DNA from: an uncultured Gemmatimonadales bacterium
GTDB taxonomy: Bacteria > Gemmatimonadota > Gemmatimonadetes > Gemmatimonadales > GWC2-71-9
DNA: 64,000 nucleotides
Assembly: GCA_963779755.1 (NCBI GenBank)
Contig: CAVZZO010000003.1
Span: 1,216,001 to 1,280,000, forward strand
Direction: 5' to 3'
The stretch's first letter is position 1, and every line of letters begins with the position of its first letter. A program made the position numbers and the translations under genes. Below, one piece after another: positions 28,493-38,000 of this stretch. Under the pieces are notes generated by a model. It was not told the origin of the DNA and ran no database searches. It saw nothing but the letters and a program-made list of their open reading frames with translations.

Positions 28493-28553
28493 GACGCGCT
28501 GATTTCCCCCTGGAAAACTTCGCTGTCTTCGCAAATTACCGTTCGGGGTTCTC

Positions 28554-29447
28554 ATGTCTCGAGCCAGCGATCGACGGGTCCGTCCGTTCCACGTGCCGAC
28601 CTCGCCGGACGCCTTCGATCAGTACCTGCGGGATATCCAGAAGCTCCCCATGATCACCGATCCGGCCGAGGAGAAGCGGCTGGCCGGCCGCGCCCAGAAA
28701 GGTGATCGCACCGCCCGGGAGCGGCTGGTCACCGCCAATCTCCGGTTCGTCATCAGCTATGTGAAGCGCTATCAGGGGCACGGGCTGGACCTGGCCGAGC
28801 TGGTGGCCATCGGGAACGAAGGCCTGCTCAAGGCCGTGCGGAAATACGATCCGGACCATGGCGTCAAGTTCATCAGCTATGCCGTCTGGTGGGTGCGGCA
28901 GGCGGTGCTGAAGGCGCTGGCGGAACAGACCCGCAGCGTGCGTATTCCCCTCAACCAGAACTCGGCCCTCATTCGCATGAGCCGCGCCCAGGGCTTCCTG
29001 GCCCAGGAGCTGGGACGCGAACCGACCGACGAAGAAGTCGCCACCGCGCTGGGCGATACGGTCGAGAACATCCGCGCCTCGCGCCGCATGGCGGCCACGG
29101 AAGTGTCGCTCGACGCGCCGGTCGAACGCTCCGAGCCGGGGTCCGCCACGCTGGGCGAGCGCGTCACCGGCTCGGCCGACCACGACATCGAGGACCGCAC
29201 CGACGCCACCCTCACCCGCGAGTTCATCGAGCGCATCTTCGAGCGCTACCTGAGCCCGCGCGAGCGGCGGATCCTCTGCCTCTACTACGGCCTGGACGCG
29301 GCCACCGAGGCGCTGACGCTGGAAAAGATCGGCGAGTTGCTGGGCGTGACCCGCGAGCGCATCCGCCAGATCCGGGAACGCGCCTTCGAAAAGCTGCGCG
29401 ACTCCCCCGACGTCCGCGCGTTGCGAGGATACTGGGACGCGGCCTGA
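28554..29447 (+). CDS. RpoD/RpoS-family sigma factor lacking region 1.1
   Basis: YLRDI, ANLRFV, KFISYAVWW and TRERIRQI motifs; 297 aa. Confidence 0.92.
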   Translation: MSRASDRRVRPFHVPTSPDAFDQYLRDIQKLPMITDPAEEKRLAGRAQKGDRTARERLVTANLRFVISYVKRYQGHGLDLAELVAIGNEGLLKAVRKYDPDHGVKFISYAVWWVRQAVLKALAEQTRSVRIPLNQNSALIRMSRAQGFLAQELGREPTDEEVATALGDTVENIRASRRMAATEVSLDAPVERSEPGSATLGERVTGSADHDIEDRTDATLTREFIERIFERYLSPRERRILCLYYGLDAATEALTLEKIGELLGVTRERIRQIRERAFEKLRDSPDVRALRGYWDAA

Positions 29448-29452
29448 TCGAA

Positions 29453-29519
29453 GGCAGGGGCGGCCGGGGCGGCCGGGGCGAGGCATGCCTCGCCCCGGCA
29501 TGCCTCGCCCCGGCCGCCT
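29453..29519. repeat. REP-like palindrome with internal duplication
   Basis: Perfect 28-bp palindrome GCCGGGGCGAGGCA|TGCCTCGCCCCGGC at 29472-29499, duplicated right half, GGGGCGGCCG 10-mers. Confidence 0.8.
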
Positions 29520-29531
29520 TAGATTTCCCGC

Positions 29532-30191
29532 ATGTCCCTCCGCCTGCCGCTGTTTCCCCTCCCCGTCGTGCTGTTTCCGTCCGCACCCATGCCGCTCCAC
29601 ATCTTCGAGCCGCGCTACCGGCAGATGCTGGCCGACTGCCTCGAAGGCGATGAGCGATTCGCCCTGGTGTCGCTGGAAGAGCCGGTCGAGCCGCCGCCGC
29701 CCGGCGCGCTGGGGTGCGTGGCCCTGATCCGGGGCACCGACCTGCTGCCCGACGGCCGGTCCAATATCGTGGTGCAGGGCCAGGAACGGTTCACCCTCGA
29801 GCGGGTGGTCCCCTCCGCCCTTCCCTACCTGGTCGGCGAGGTGGCGCCCTTCGAAGATGCCGAGGGCGAGGTACTGCCCGAGACGGCCGAGTTCCGCCGG
29901 ATGGCGGAACAGTACCTGGGCCTGCTGCAGAGCCTGAGCGACCAGATCCCCACCGACCTCGAGCTGCCCGACGATACGGCCGCGCTGACGTTCCAGCTGG
30001 CCGCCGCCGCCGACCTCGATGCGGTGGAGAAGCGGCGCCTGCTGGCATCGCGCTCGGTAAGCGAACGGGTCCGCCGCCTGACCGTCCTGCTGCAGTCCCG
30101 CATCCAGGCCCTGGCCGCGCGGGTGCGGGTTCATCTCCGCGCCCGTTCCAACGGGAAGGGCGGCCCCAGCGGCCCGGAGCCGATCCCGTGA
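29532..30191 (+). CDS. LON peptidase N-terminal substrate-binding domain protein
   Basis: LPLFPL..VLFP..PLHIFEPRYRQM and DGRSNI motifs. Confidence 0.9.
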   Translation: MSLRLPLFPLPVVLFPSAPMPLHIFEPRYRQMLADCLEGDERFALVSLEEPVEPPPPGALGCVALIRGTDLLPDGRSNIVVQGQERFTLERVVPSALPYLVGEVAPFEDAEGEVLPETAEFRRMAEQYLGLLQSLSDQIPTDLELPDDTAALTFQLAAAADLDAVEKRRLLASRSVSERVRRLTVLLQSRIQALAARVRVHLRARSNGKGGPSGPEPIP

Positions 30192-31621
30192 ATGCCGCGC
30201 TGGTCCGCGATCTCGCGGCCCTGGTAGGCCCTCGCTGGGTGCGCACCCGGCACGCCGAGCTTTCCACCTACCGTTCCGACGGCCTGCCCACCCATGCCTC
30301 CAGCCCCGGGCTGGTGGTGCTGCCGGGGAGCCGGGAAGAGACCGCCGCCGTCCTGCGGCTCCTGGCCCGGACCGGCACGCCGTTCGTGCCCCGTGGCGCC
30401 GGCACCGGCCTGTCGGCCGGCGCGGTGGCCGCCGGCGACGCCGTCCTGCTGGTGCTGACCCGGCTCAACCGCATTCTCTCGATCGATGCCGCCGGCTGCC
30501 GTGCCACGGTGGAGCCGGGTGTCATCAATGCCCGGCTCTCCCAGGCCACGGCGCCGCACGGCCTGCAGTACGCGCCCGATCCCTCCAGCCAGTCGGCCTG
30601 CACGCTGGGCGGCAACGTGGCGGAGAATGCGGGCGGCCCGCATTGCCTCAAGTACGGCGTCACCAGCAATCACATCGTGCGGCTCGAGGTCATCCTGCCG
30701 GACGGCTCGGAATGCATCCTGGGCTCGCCGCAGGGCGAAGCCTGGGGACCCGATCTGGTGGGGCTCTTCGTCGGCAGCGAAGGCATGTTCGGCGTCGCCG
30801 TCGCCATCACCGTCCGCCTGGTGCCGGTTCCGCGGGCGGTGCGGACCCTGCTGGCCGATTTCCTCTCGGTGCGCGCGGCCAGCGAGGCGGTGAGCGCGGT
30901 GATCGCCTCGGGCGCGCTGCCCGCCGCGCTGGAGATGATGGACCAGCCCTGTGTGCAGGCAGTGGAAGCCTCGATCTTCGCGGCCGGGTATCCCACCGAC
31001 GCCGCCGCCGTCCTGCTGGCCGAGGTGGACGGCAGCACGGAAGCCGTGGCCGCCGAAGCGGCGCTGGTGGAGCGCATCCTGCGGGAGCATGGCGCACGGG
31101 AGGTACGCACCGCGGTGGCCGCGCAGGACCGGGCACGGCTCTGGCAGGGCCGGAAGAAGGCCTTCGGTGCCATGGGACGGCTGGCGCCCGATCTCGCGGT
31201 GCAGGATGCCGTGGTTCCGCGCTCCGCCCTGCCCGACGTCCTGGACCGCATCGGCGCGATCCGGCAGCGCTACCGGCTCACCATCAGCAACGTCTTTCAT
31301 GCCGGCGACGGCAACCTGCACCCCAACATCAGCTTCGACCGGCGCGATCCGGCCGTGATGGAGCGGGTGCATCAGGCCAACAGCGAGATCATGGCCGCCT
31401 GCCTGGCCACCGGCGGCTCCATCACGGGAGAGCACGGCGTGGGCGCGGACAAGATCGGCTACATGGCGGACATGTTCGACGACGAGACCCTGGGCACCAT
31501 GTGCGCCGTGCGACGGGTCTTCGATCCGGCCGGGCGATCCAACCCCGGGAAGGTCGTTCCACTCCACGCCTGCCGGGAATGGCGCGCCGCCCCCGCGGCA
31601 CGGCGGGAGCAGGCGCCATGA
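30188..31621 (+). CDS. glcD: FAD-linked oxidase, glycolate oxidase GlcD-like
   Basis: [34 protein letters not shown] and GEHGVG motifs. Confidence 0.88.
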   Translation: MNAALVRDLAALVGPRWVRTRHAELSTYRSDGLPTHASSPGLVVLPGSREETAAVLRLLARTGTPFVPRGAGTGLSAGAVAAGDAVLLVLTRLNRILSIDAAGCRATVEPGVINARLSQATAPHGLQYAPDPSSQSACTLGGNVAENAGGPHCLKYGVTSNHIVRLEVILPDGSECILGSPQGEAWGPDLVGLFVGSEGMFGVAVAITVRLVPVPRAVRTLLADFLSVRAASEAVSAVIASGALPAALEMMDQPCVQAVEASIFAAGYPTDAAAVLLAEVDGSTEAVAAEAALVERILREHGAREVRTAVAAQDRARLWQGRKKAFGAMGRLAPDLAVQDAVVPRSALPDVLDRIGAIRQRYRLTISNVFHAGDGNLHPNISFDRRDPAVMERVHQANSEIMAACLATGGSITGEHGVGADKIGYMADMFDDETLGTMCAVRRVFDPAGRSNPGKVVPLHACREWRAAPAARREQAP

Positions 31622-32835
31622 GCCGGACCGCCTTCGAACGGCTGCGGGATCTGCTGGGTGAATCCGGCGTCCACCGGGGGGCGGGAGGCGTGCCGTACGC
31701 CGTGCCGGAGAACACCGACGGTGTCGCGGCCGTCTGCCGGACCGCCAATACCGAAGGCTGGCGGGTACGGGTGGAGGGCGCCGGCGGCTGGCTGCAGGCC
31801 GACGCGCCGGCCGATATCGTGCTGAGCCTGCGCGAGTTGAACCGGGTGCTCAGTGTGAGCCCCGCCGATCTCGTGGTCTCGGTCGAGGCGGGCGCTCCGC
31901 TCGGCGCCATCCGGCGGCAGCTGGCGGAGCATGGCATGTGGCTCGCCTTCGACCCGCCGGGTCATCCCGAGCGTTCCATCGGCAGCATTCTCGCGACCGG
32001 CACTTCGGGCCCCCTCCGGGCGGCATTCGGGAGCGTGCGCGACCATGTGCTCGGCTGCTCGGTGATCACGGGCGAGGGGCGCCGGATCAGCGTGGGCGGG
32101 CGGGTGGTGAAGAACGTGGCGGGCTACGATCTGACGCGGCTGCAGATCGGCGCCTTCGGTGCCTTCGGGCTCATCACCGAGGCCCACCTGCGGCTGCGCG
32201 CGCTACCCCGCGCCGACCGGACCCTGCTCTGCCGGGGGTCCCGCGCCCGGCTGCTCGCCGCGGCGCGCGCATTGCGTGAAGCCCGGCGCATTCCCGCCGC
32301 CCTCGAGCTGCTCTCGCCCGCGGCCGCCGCCGAGTCCGACTGGGTGCTGGCCGCCCGGGTGCTGGGCGCCGGCGAGGCGGTGAAAGCGGAGGTGCGGCAG
32401 ATTCCCGCCGCCTCCGGGGCCAGCTGGAGCGAGCTGGAAGCCCTGCAGAGCGGCAACTTCTGGAGCATGGCCGGCCGGTCGGTGCTGTCGGCTGCGGTCA
32501 CCCTCCGACTGGCGGCGCTGCCCGCGGGTCTGGACGACCTGCTGGACCTGGTGACCCACGACCTGGGCGAAGGACTGGTCAGCGCCGGGGCGGGCGACGG
32601 GCTGGTCCGCTGGGCGGGCGAGGCGCGGGCGGAGCAGATCCTCCGCCTGCGACAGACATGCGCCCGGCGCGAGATCCCGCTGACCCTGGAGCGGGGGCCC
32701 TGGCCGCTGCGCCGCGGCGTCGGCCATTTCGGTGCCTATCACGAAGGCGTGGGCGGACTGGTGGAGCGGCTGCGGGATACGTTCGACCCGAACCGCGTGT
32801 TCAGCCTGGCGCTCGAGTCTCCCGTCGATGGCTGA
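31618..32835 (+). CDS. glcE: FAD-binding subunit, GlcE-like
   Basis: GGRVVKNVAGYDL and FDP motifs; lies between glcD and glcF with overlapping start/stop codons. Confidence 0.82.
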   Translation: MSRTAFERLRDLLGESGVHRGAGGVPYAVPENTDGVAAVCRTANTEGWRVRVEGAGGWLQADAPADIVLSLRELNRVLSVSPADLVVSVEAGAPLGAIRRQLAEHGMWLAFDPPGHPERSIGSILATGTSGPLRAAFGSVRDHVLGCSVITGEGRRISVGGRVVKNVAGYDLTRLQIGAFGAFGLITEAHLRLRALPRADRTLLCRGSRARLLAAARALREARRIPAALELLSPAAAAESDWVLAARVLGAGEAVKAEVRQIPAASGASWSELEALQSGNFWSMAGRSVLSAAVTLRLAALPAGLDDLLDLVTHDLGEGLVSAGAGDGLVRWAGEARAEQILRLRQTCARREIPLTLERGPWPLRRGVGHFGAYHEGVGGLVERLRDTFDPNRVFSLALESPVDG

Positions 32836-34057
32836 ACCCTTCGCGGCGCTGGACGCGTGCGTGCATTGCGGTTTCTGTCTGCCCGCCTGCCCCACCTATC
32901 TCGCCACCGGCGACGAGGCCGACAGCCCGCGCGGCCGGATCCTCCTCATGCGGGCGCTGGAGCGAGGCGAGCTCCCCGCCGATGACCCGGCACTGCTGGA
33001 ACATCTCGACGCCTGCCTGGGCTGCCGCGGCTGCGAGCCGGTCTGCCCCTCCGGGGTGGAATACGGCCGCGGCCTGGAAGCCGCACGCGCGCTGCTGACA
33101 GAATCCCGCGGACTGCCTGCCCGCGCGCGCGCCCTGCTGGCGGTGTTCCGCCGCCGCTGGCTCTGGCGCCCGCTGTTCAGCCTGGGTCGGGCACTGCGGG
33201 CGACCCGTATCCCCCGGCTGGCGGCGGGCGGCAGCCAGCTGGGATTCGGCATGGGGATGCTGGCGGCAACGGACGGCGGTCGGGCCACCGGGCGGGCAGG
33301 GGCGCGGCGTGCCTCGTCCCTGCCCTCACCCGACCGCCCCACCGCCCTGCTCTTCCGCGGCTGTGTCATGGACACGCTCTTCGCACATGTCCACGCCGCC
33401 ACCCGCAGGGTGCTCGAGGCCAACGGGTTCACCGTGCTGGAAGCGCCCGGCCAGGTCTGTTGCGGCGCGCTGCACGCCCATGCAGGCGACCGGGCCGGCG
33501 CGGAGGCGCTGGCCCGGATCAATCTCCTCGCGCTGGCGCGGGGTGCCGATTACATCGTGGTGAACAGCGCGGGCTGCGGAGCGCACCTGCGCGATTACGG
33601 ACACCTGCTGGACGACGAGGCGGCCCGCCAGTTCGCCGGACGGGTCCGCGACGTGTCGCAGCTCCTGGCGCAGGCCGGCCCGCGGCGCGGCGGCCCCGTC
33701 CCCTTGCGGGTGGCGTACGACGCGCCCTGTCATCTGCAGCATGCGCAGGGCGTTCACCAGGAGGTCCTGGCTCTCTTCGATGCCATCCCCGGTCTGGAGC
33801 TGCAACTGCTCCCCGGATACGACCAGTGCTGCGGCAGCGCCGGGATCTACTCGCTCCTGCAGCCCGCGATGTCCCGTGCCGTGCTCGAAGCGAAGATCAG
33901 GGCCATTGCCGCAGCCTCCCCGCGGCCGGACCTCGTCGCCACGGGCAACCCCGGATGCCTGATGCAGATCGGGGCCGGGCTCCGGGCAGCCGGGCTCAAC
34001 ATCCCGGTGGTGCACCCGGTGGAGTTGCTGGATTGGAGCTACCGCGGAATTTCCTGA
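32828..34057 (+). CDS. glcF: Iron-sulfur subunit, GlcF-like
   Basis: CVHCGFCLPACP, CLGCRGCEPVCP, two CCG domains and NPGC. Confidence 0.88.
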   Translation: MAEPFAALDACVHCGFCLPACPTYLATGDEADSPRGRILLMRALERGELPADDPALLEHLDACLGCRGCEPVCPSGVEYGRGLEAARALLTESRGLPARARALLAVFRRRWLWRPLFSLGRALRATRIPRLAAGGSQLGFGMGMLAATDGGRATGRAGARRASSLPSPDRPTALLFRGCVMDTLFAHVHAATRRVLEANGFTVLEAPGQVCCGALHAHAGDRAGAEALARINLLALARGADYIVVNSAGCGAHLRDYGHLLDDEAARQFAGRVRDVSQLLAQAGPRRGGPVPLRVAYDAPCHLQHAQGVHQEVLALFDAIPGLELQLLPGYDQCCGSAGIYSLLQPAMSRAVLEAKIRAIAAASPRPDLVATGNPGCLMQIGAGLRAAGLNIPVVHPVELLDWSYRGIS

Positions 34058-34180
34058 GCCGCCCTGCGGAGACACGGAGGAAGAGCGGCTCGGCGCGGCG
34101 GTTTACTGTGGGGGAGAAGCGGATTACGCTTGGGCCATGAGCCGCACGCTGCGCCGGCAGCACCCGCCGGGTGAACGGGA

Positions 34181-35183
34181 ATGATCGTCGATCACGTAAT
34201 CGACGCCATGCAGTTGCGGCGCGTGCGCCAGGGTGCGGTGGCCGCGCGCGCGCCCTGCGCCATCTTCGAACTCGCCGGCGGCGGCGCGGCCGATTGTCTC
34301 CAGGGCCTGCTGACCAACGACGTGGTACAGCCCGGCCCCGGACGGCTCATCTATGGGGCTCTGCTGACTCCCAAGGGCATGATCGCGGTGGACCTCTGGG
34401 TGCTCCGCCTGGCCGACCGGTTCCTCCTGCTGACCGAACCGCAGGGCCGGGGGCCGGCCTCGGAGATCTTCCGCCGGACCCTCCCGCCGCGTCTGGCACG
34501 GACCACCGACCTGACCGACAGCTACGCCGCGGCCTGGCTGCTGGGAGAGCAGATCGCCGAGATCCTGCAGGAGAGCGGCGACCTGGCGGACGACCACGCC
34601 CCGGGCCAGGTGCAACTGCTTCCGGCCAAGGGAAAGACGGTGCTTGCTGGCCCGCCCGGAACCGACGGCCCCCTTTGCCTTCCTCCTGGTGGGAGAGCGG
34701 ACGGCGCTCGACGCCAGGATCGAATCCATCCGCGATCGCGGCGCCCTGCCGGGCGACGTGGTGGACCTCGCGGCGGCGCGGATTCTCGCCGGCTGGCCCG
34801 CCCTGGGCGCCGAGATCGACGAGCGGACGCTGCCGCAGGAGGTTCGCTTCGACGAACTGGGAGGCGTGTCCTACACCAAGGGCTGCTACATCGGACAGGA
34901 AACGGTTGCGCGGGTGCACTTCCGCGGGCATCCCAACCGGATGCTCCGGGGCCTGCTCTGGCGCACGCCCGAAGGACTGGAAGGGCGGGTCATCTCCACC
35001 GCCGAGCGCGAGGTCGGGATGGTGCGCTCCACCCTGGAGCTGCCGGACCGGCGCATCGGGCTGGCTCCGGTGCGGCGCGAGGTCGATCCGGGCACCGAGG
35101 TGCTGGCCGGGGGCCGGCCCGCGACGGTGGTCGCGCTCCCCTTCCAGGAGGCCGACCTGGGCGACCTGCAGGACGGCGCGTAA
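34181..35183 (+). pseudogene. ygfZ: YgfZ/GcvT-like folate-binding protein, frameshifted near 34644
   Basis: N-half (LQGLLTND, LLTPKG) and C-half (KGCYIGQE) are in different frames; removing one T in GTGCTTGCTG restores the frame; may be a sequencing error. Confidence 0.75.
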
Positions 35184-35189
35184 ACAGCA

Positions 35190-35216
35190 AGGCCCCGGCC
35201 GTGCCGGCCGGGGCCT
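35190..35216. terminator. Hairpin terminator between convergent genes
   Basis: AGGCCCCGGCCG-tgc-CGGCCGGGGCCT. Confidence 0.7.
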
Positions 35217-35239
35217 CCTGGACCGCGAAACGGTCCTGC

Positions 35240-35440
35240 TTACATCTGGCTCGTCGTATCGCGGGGCATGGTGCTATCGTTCATCATCATGCCGGTATCG
35301 GGCGCCATGGTGTCCGGAGCCATCATGGTGGTGTCGTGCATCATCATGCCGGACGAATCGGCGGCCGGGGTATTCTCGGGCTTCTTCTCACAGGCGGCGA
35401 CGAGCAGAACCGCTGCGGCAACCAGCAGAGCCTTCTTCAT
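35240..35440 (-). CDS. Small Met/Asp/Thr-rich lipoprotein (66 aa)
   Basis: GAGGAG RBS; MKKALL..VAAC lipobox; has its own promoter and terminator. Confidence 0.8.
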   Translation of the reverse strand: MKKALLVAAAVLLVAACEKKPENTPAADSSGMMMHDTTMMAPDTMAPDTGMMMNDSTMPRDTTSQM

Positions 35441-35519
35441 AATGCACTCCTCAACGCGGGACGGGATGGGTTGAACAGGCTTCCGATGCCACTGCTGTTG
35501 CCGGGCATACGCGCGCGAC

Positions 35520-35547
35520 AAGGTATTACTTGCCCGGGAAATGTCAA
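35520..35547 (-). promoter_or_regulatory. Sigma-70-type promoter for the small lipoprotein
   Basis: TTGACA-N16-TACCTT on the minus strand. Confidence 0.55.
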
Positions 35548-35690
35548 GCAGCCCCGGAATCGCCGAAAGCCCTGGAAAACGACGCCAGGCATTGCGCCGG
35601 TTCCCTCCCGCCCCGTCGCGGGCCGCTGCCCGGATCGTCCGGGCCATGCTAACAGCTTATTCAACAACAGCTTAGAAGAGTCGTCACATC

Positions 35691-37157
35691 ATGAATCTTC
35701 CCCGTACCCTTGGTGAACTGAAGCAGAGCCCCTGGGCCGAGGCCCCCCTGCGGGGGCGAACGGTCCGGGATGAGCTGCGACAGAACGTGCTGGCCACCCT
35801 CCAGCGCGGCGATCCCCTGTTTCCCGGCATCGTGGGCTATGAAGACACGATCATCCCCCAGCTGATCAACGCGTTGTTGTCGCGGCACCATTTCATCCTG
35901 CTGGGCCTGCGCGGCCAGGCGAAGAGCCGGATTCTGCGCTCGCTGGTCCGCTTTCTGGACGAGCGGATTCCCATCGTGGCCGGCAGCGAGGTGAATGACG
36001 ATCCCTTTGCCCCCATTTCCAAGTACGCGCACGAGCGCCTGGCGGAATGCGGCGATGCCACGGCCATCGGCTGGCTGGAGCGCGACCACCGCTACGTGGA
36101 GAAGCTGGCCACCCCGGACGTGACCATCGCGGACATTCTGGGCGACGTGGATCCCATCAAGGCCGCGCGGGGCGGGCATGTCCTTTCCGACGAGCTGACC
36201 ATGCACTTTGGCCTGCTGCCGCGGGCCAACCGCGGAATCTTCGTGATCAACGAGCTGCCCGACCTGAGCGGCAAGATCCAGGTGGGCCTGTTCAACATCA
36301 TGCAGGAAGGCGACGTCCAGATCAAAGGCTATCCGGTCCGTCTCGCGCTCGACGTGCTCATGGCCTTTACCGCGAACCCGGAGGACTATACCGCGCGCGG
36401 CAAGATCATCACCCCGCTCAAGGACCGGATCGGGTCCGAAGTCCTCACGCACTATCCCCGCGACGTGGAACTGGGCATGGCGATCACCCGGCAGGAAGCC
36501 TGGACCGACCGCGCCACCGGACAGGCGGTCACGGTGCCGGACTTCGTCGCCGAGCTGATCGAGCGGATCGCGTTCGAGGCGCGGGAAGACAAGCGCATCG
36601 ACCGGCGCTCGGGAGTGAGCCAGCGGCTGCCCATCAGCGTGATGGAAAATGTGATCTCCAACGCCGAGCGGCGATCCCTGGCACTGGGCGAAGAGACCGT
36701 CGTCCCCCGGGTGAGCGATGTCTACGCCGCCATTCCCTCCATTACCGGCAAGCTGGAGCTGGAATACGAGGGCGAGCTGCAGGGCGGCGACACCATCGCC
36801 CGCGAGCTCATCCGGCGTGCGGCCGGACGGGTCATGGAAGAGCGGTTGCCCGAAGCCGATGTGGACGACATCGTCGCCTGGTTCGATCAGGGCGGCGCGC
36901 TCAAGGTGGCTACCGACGAGCGTACCGAGACCTGCCTCACGGGCTTCGGCGTAGTACCGGGGCTGGTGGACCTGGCGTACGACTACGCCCTGGCCGACCG
37001 CGACCATCCCGGCCACGCCGTGGCCGCCTGCGAGCTGGTACTGGAAGGGCTGGCCGCCGAGAAACGGATTACCCGGAGCGAAGAACTGGGCTACATCCGC
37101 GCCCGCCCGGAGCGGCGCGAGCCGCCCTTCGGGAAGGGGGGGATGAACTTCGGGTGA
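35691..37157 (+). CDS. AAA+ ATPase, Mg-chelatase ChlI/MoxR-like
   Basis: GLRGQAKS Walker A, INELPDL, ANPEDYT and LKDR motifs. Confidence 0.85.
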   Translation: MNLPRTLGELKQSPWAEAPLRGRTVRDELRQNVLATLQRGDPLFPGIVGYEDTIIPQLINALLSRHHFILLGLRGQAKSRILRSLVRFLDERIPIVAGSEVNDDPFAPISKYAHERLAECGDATAIGWLERDHRYVEKLATPDVTIADILGDVDPIKAARGGHVLSDELTMHFGLLPRANRGIFVINELPDLSGKIQVGLFNIMQEGDVQIKGYPVRLALDVLMAFTANPEDYTARGKIITPLKDRIGSEVLTHYPRDVELGMAITRQEAWTDRATGQAVTVPDFVAELIERIAFEAREDKRIDRRSGVSQRLPISVMENVISNAERRSLALGEETVVPRVSDVYAAIPSITGKLELEYEGELQGGDTIARELIRRAAGRVMEERLPEADVDDIVAWFDQGGALKVATDERTETCLTGFGVVPGLVDLAYDYALADRDHPGHAVAACELVLEGLAAEKRITRSEELGYIRARPERREPPFGKGGMNFG

Positions 37158-37160
37158 GGA

Positions 37161-37268
37161 AGTCGCCAGTCGCCAGTCGCCAGTCGCGGCAGGATATCGC
37201 TCCGGCGCAGCTTCGCAATGGTCCGGGTGTGCAGACTGGTGACTAGCGACTAATGACTAGCGACTACC
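37161..37268. repeat. Inverted arrays of a 7-bp repeat (AGTCGCC / GACTRGC)
   Basis: 4 units, ~46-nt spacer, 5 inverted units; fills the gap between convergent genes. Confidence 0.85.
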
Positions 37269-37881
37269 ACCCCATCGCCCGCGCCCGGGCCACGATCAGG
37301 TCGGCGGCGCCGTCGTAGCCCAGGGCGGCGGTGTTGAGCACCATGTGATAGCCGGCCGGATCGGCCCAGTCCCGCTGGTAGAATTCCTCATGATAGGCCC
37401 GCCGGTGCTCGTCCCGCTCATCGGTCAGCTCGCCGGCGCGCTCGGCGCTCAGGTGCTCGCGCTCCATCACCACCCGGACCCGGAAGTCGCGGGGCGCCAC
37501 CAGCAGCACGTGCAGCGCCTCCGGACGGCTGGCGAGCACCGCCACCGCGGCCCGGCCCACCAGGACCACCCGGCCCTTCGTGGCAAGCTCCTCCACCACC
37601 CGCTCGGTGATCCGCACCAGCGAGGCCTCGTCCAGATCCTCCAGCGGAATCCCGGGCGTCAGCACCTCCACCGGCGCCGCGACCAGCGCGCGGGCCAGGC
37701 GCTCGACGAACGAGGGCGGCCGCTCCTCCCGTTTGGCGACTTCATCGGGCGACATGCCGGCCTGGCGGGCCACGGCCTCGATCAGCTCGTTGTCCACCAC
37801 CGTCCAGCCGAGCTGGCCGGCAGCGAGCCGGGCTACGGCGGATCCGCCGGCGCCGAACTGGCGGGAGATGGTGATGAGCAT
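37264..37881 (-). CDS. Cytidylate kinase-like family protein
   Basis: ITISRQFGAGG, VLVGR and YHMVLNT motifs. Confidence 0.88.
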   Translation of the reverse strand: MLITISRQFGAGGSAVARLAAGQLGWTVVDNELIEAVARQAGMSPDEVAKREERPPSFVERLARALVAAPVEVLTPGIPLEDLDEASLVRITERVVEELATKGRVVLVGRAAVAVLASRPEALHVLLVAPRDFRVRVVMEREHLSAERAGELTDERDEHRRAYHEEFYQRDWADPAGYHMVLNTAALGYDGAADLIVARARAMGW

Positions 37882-37903
37882 GGGATGAATATGGCGGAAG
37901 AGC

Positions 37904-38000
37904 GGGAAAGGGGAAAAGGGAACAGGGGAATGGGGAATGGGAACGGGCTCAGGCCGGCACCGAGGTCCTCCCGGTTCCCTGTTCCCCCTTCCCCTTTCCC
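37904..38000. repeat. Inverted purine/pyrimidine ~7-bp arrays (GGGAAnR / YnTTCCC)
   Basis: Read directly; the right arm lies inside the MFS gene's 3' end. Confidence 0.8.
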
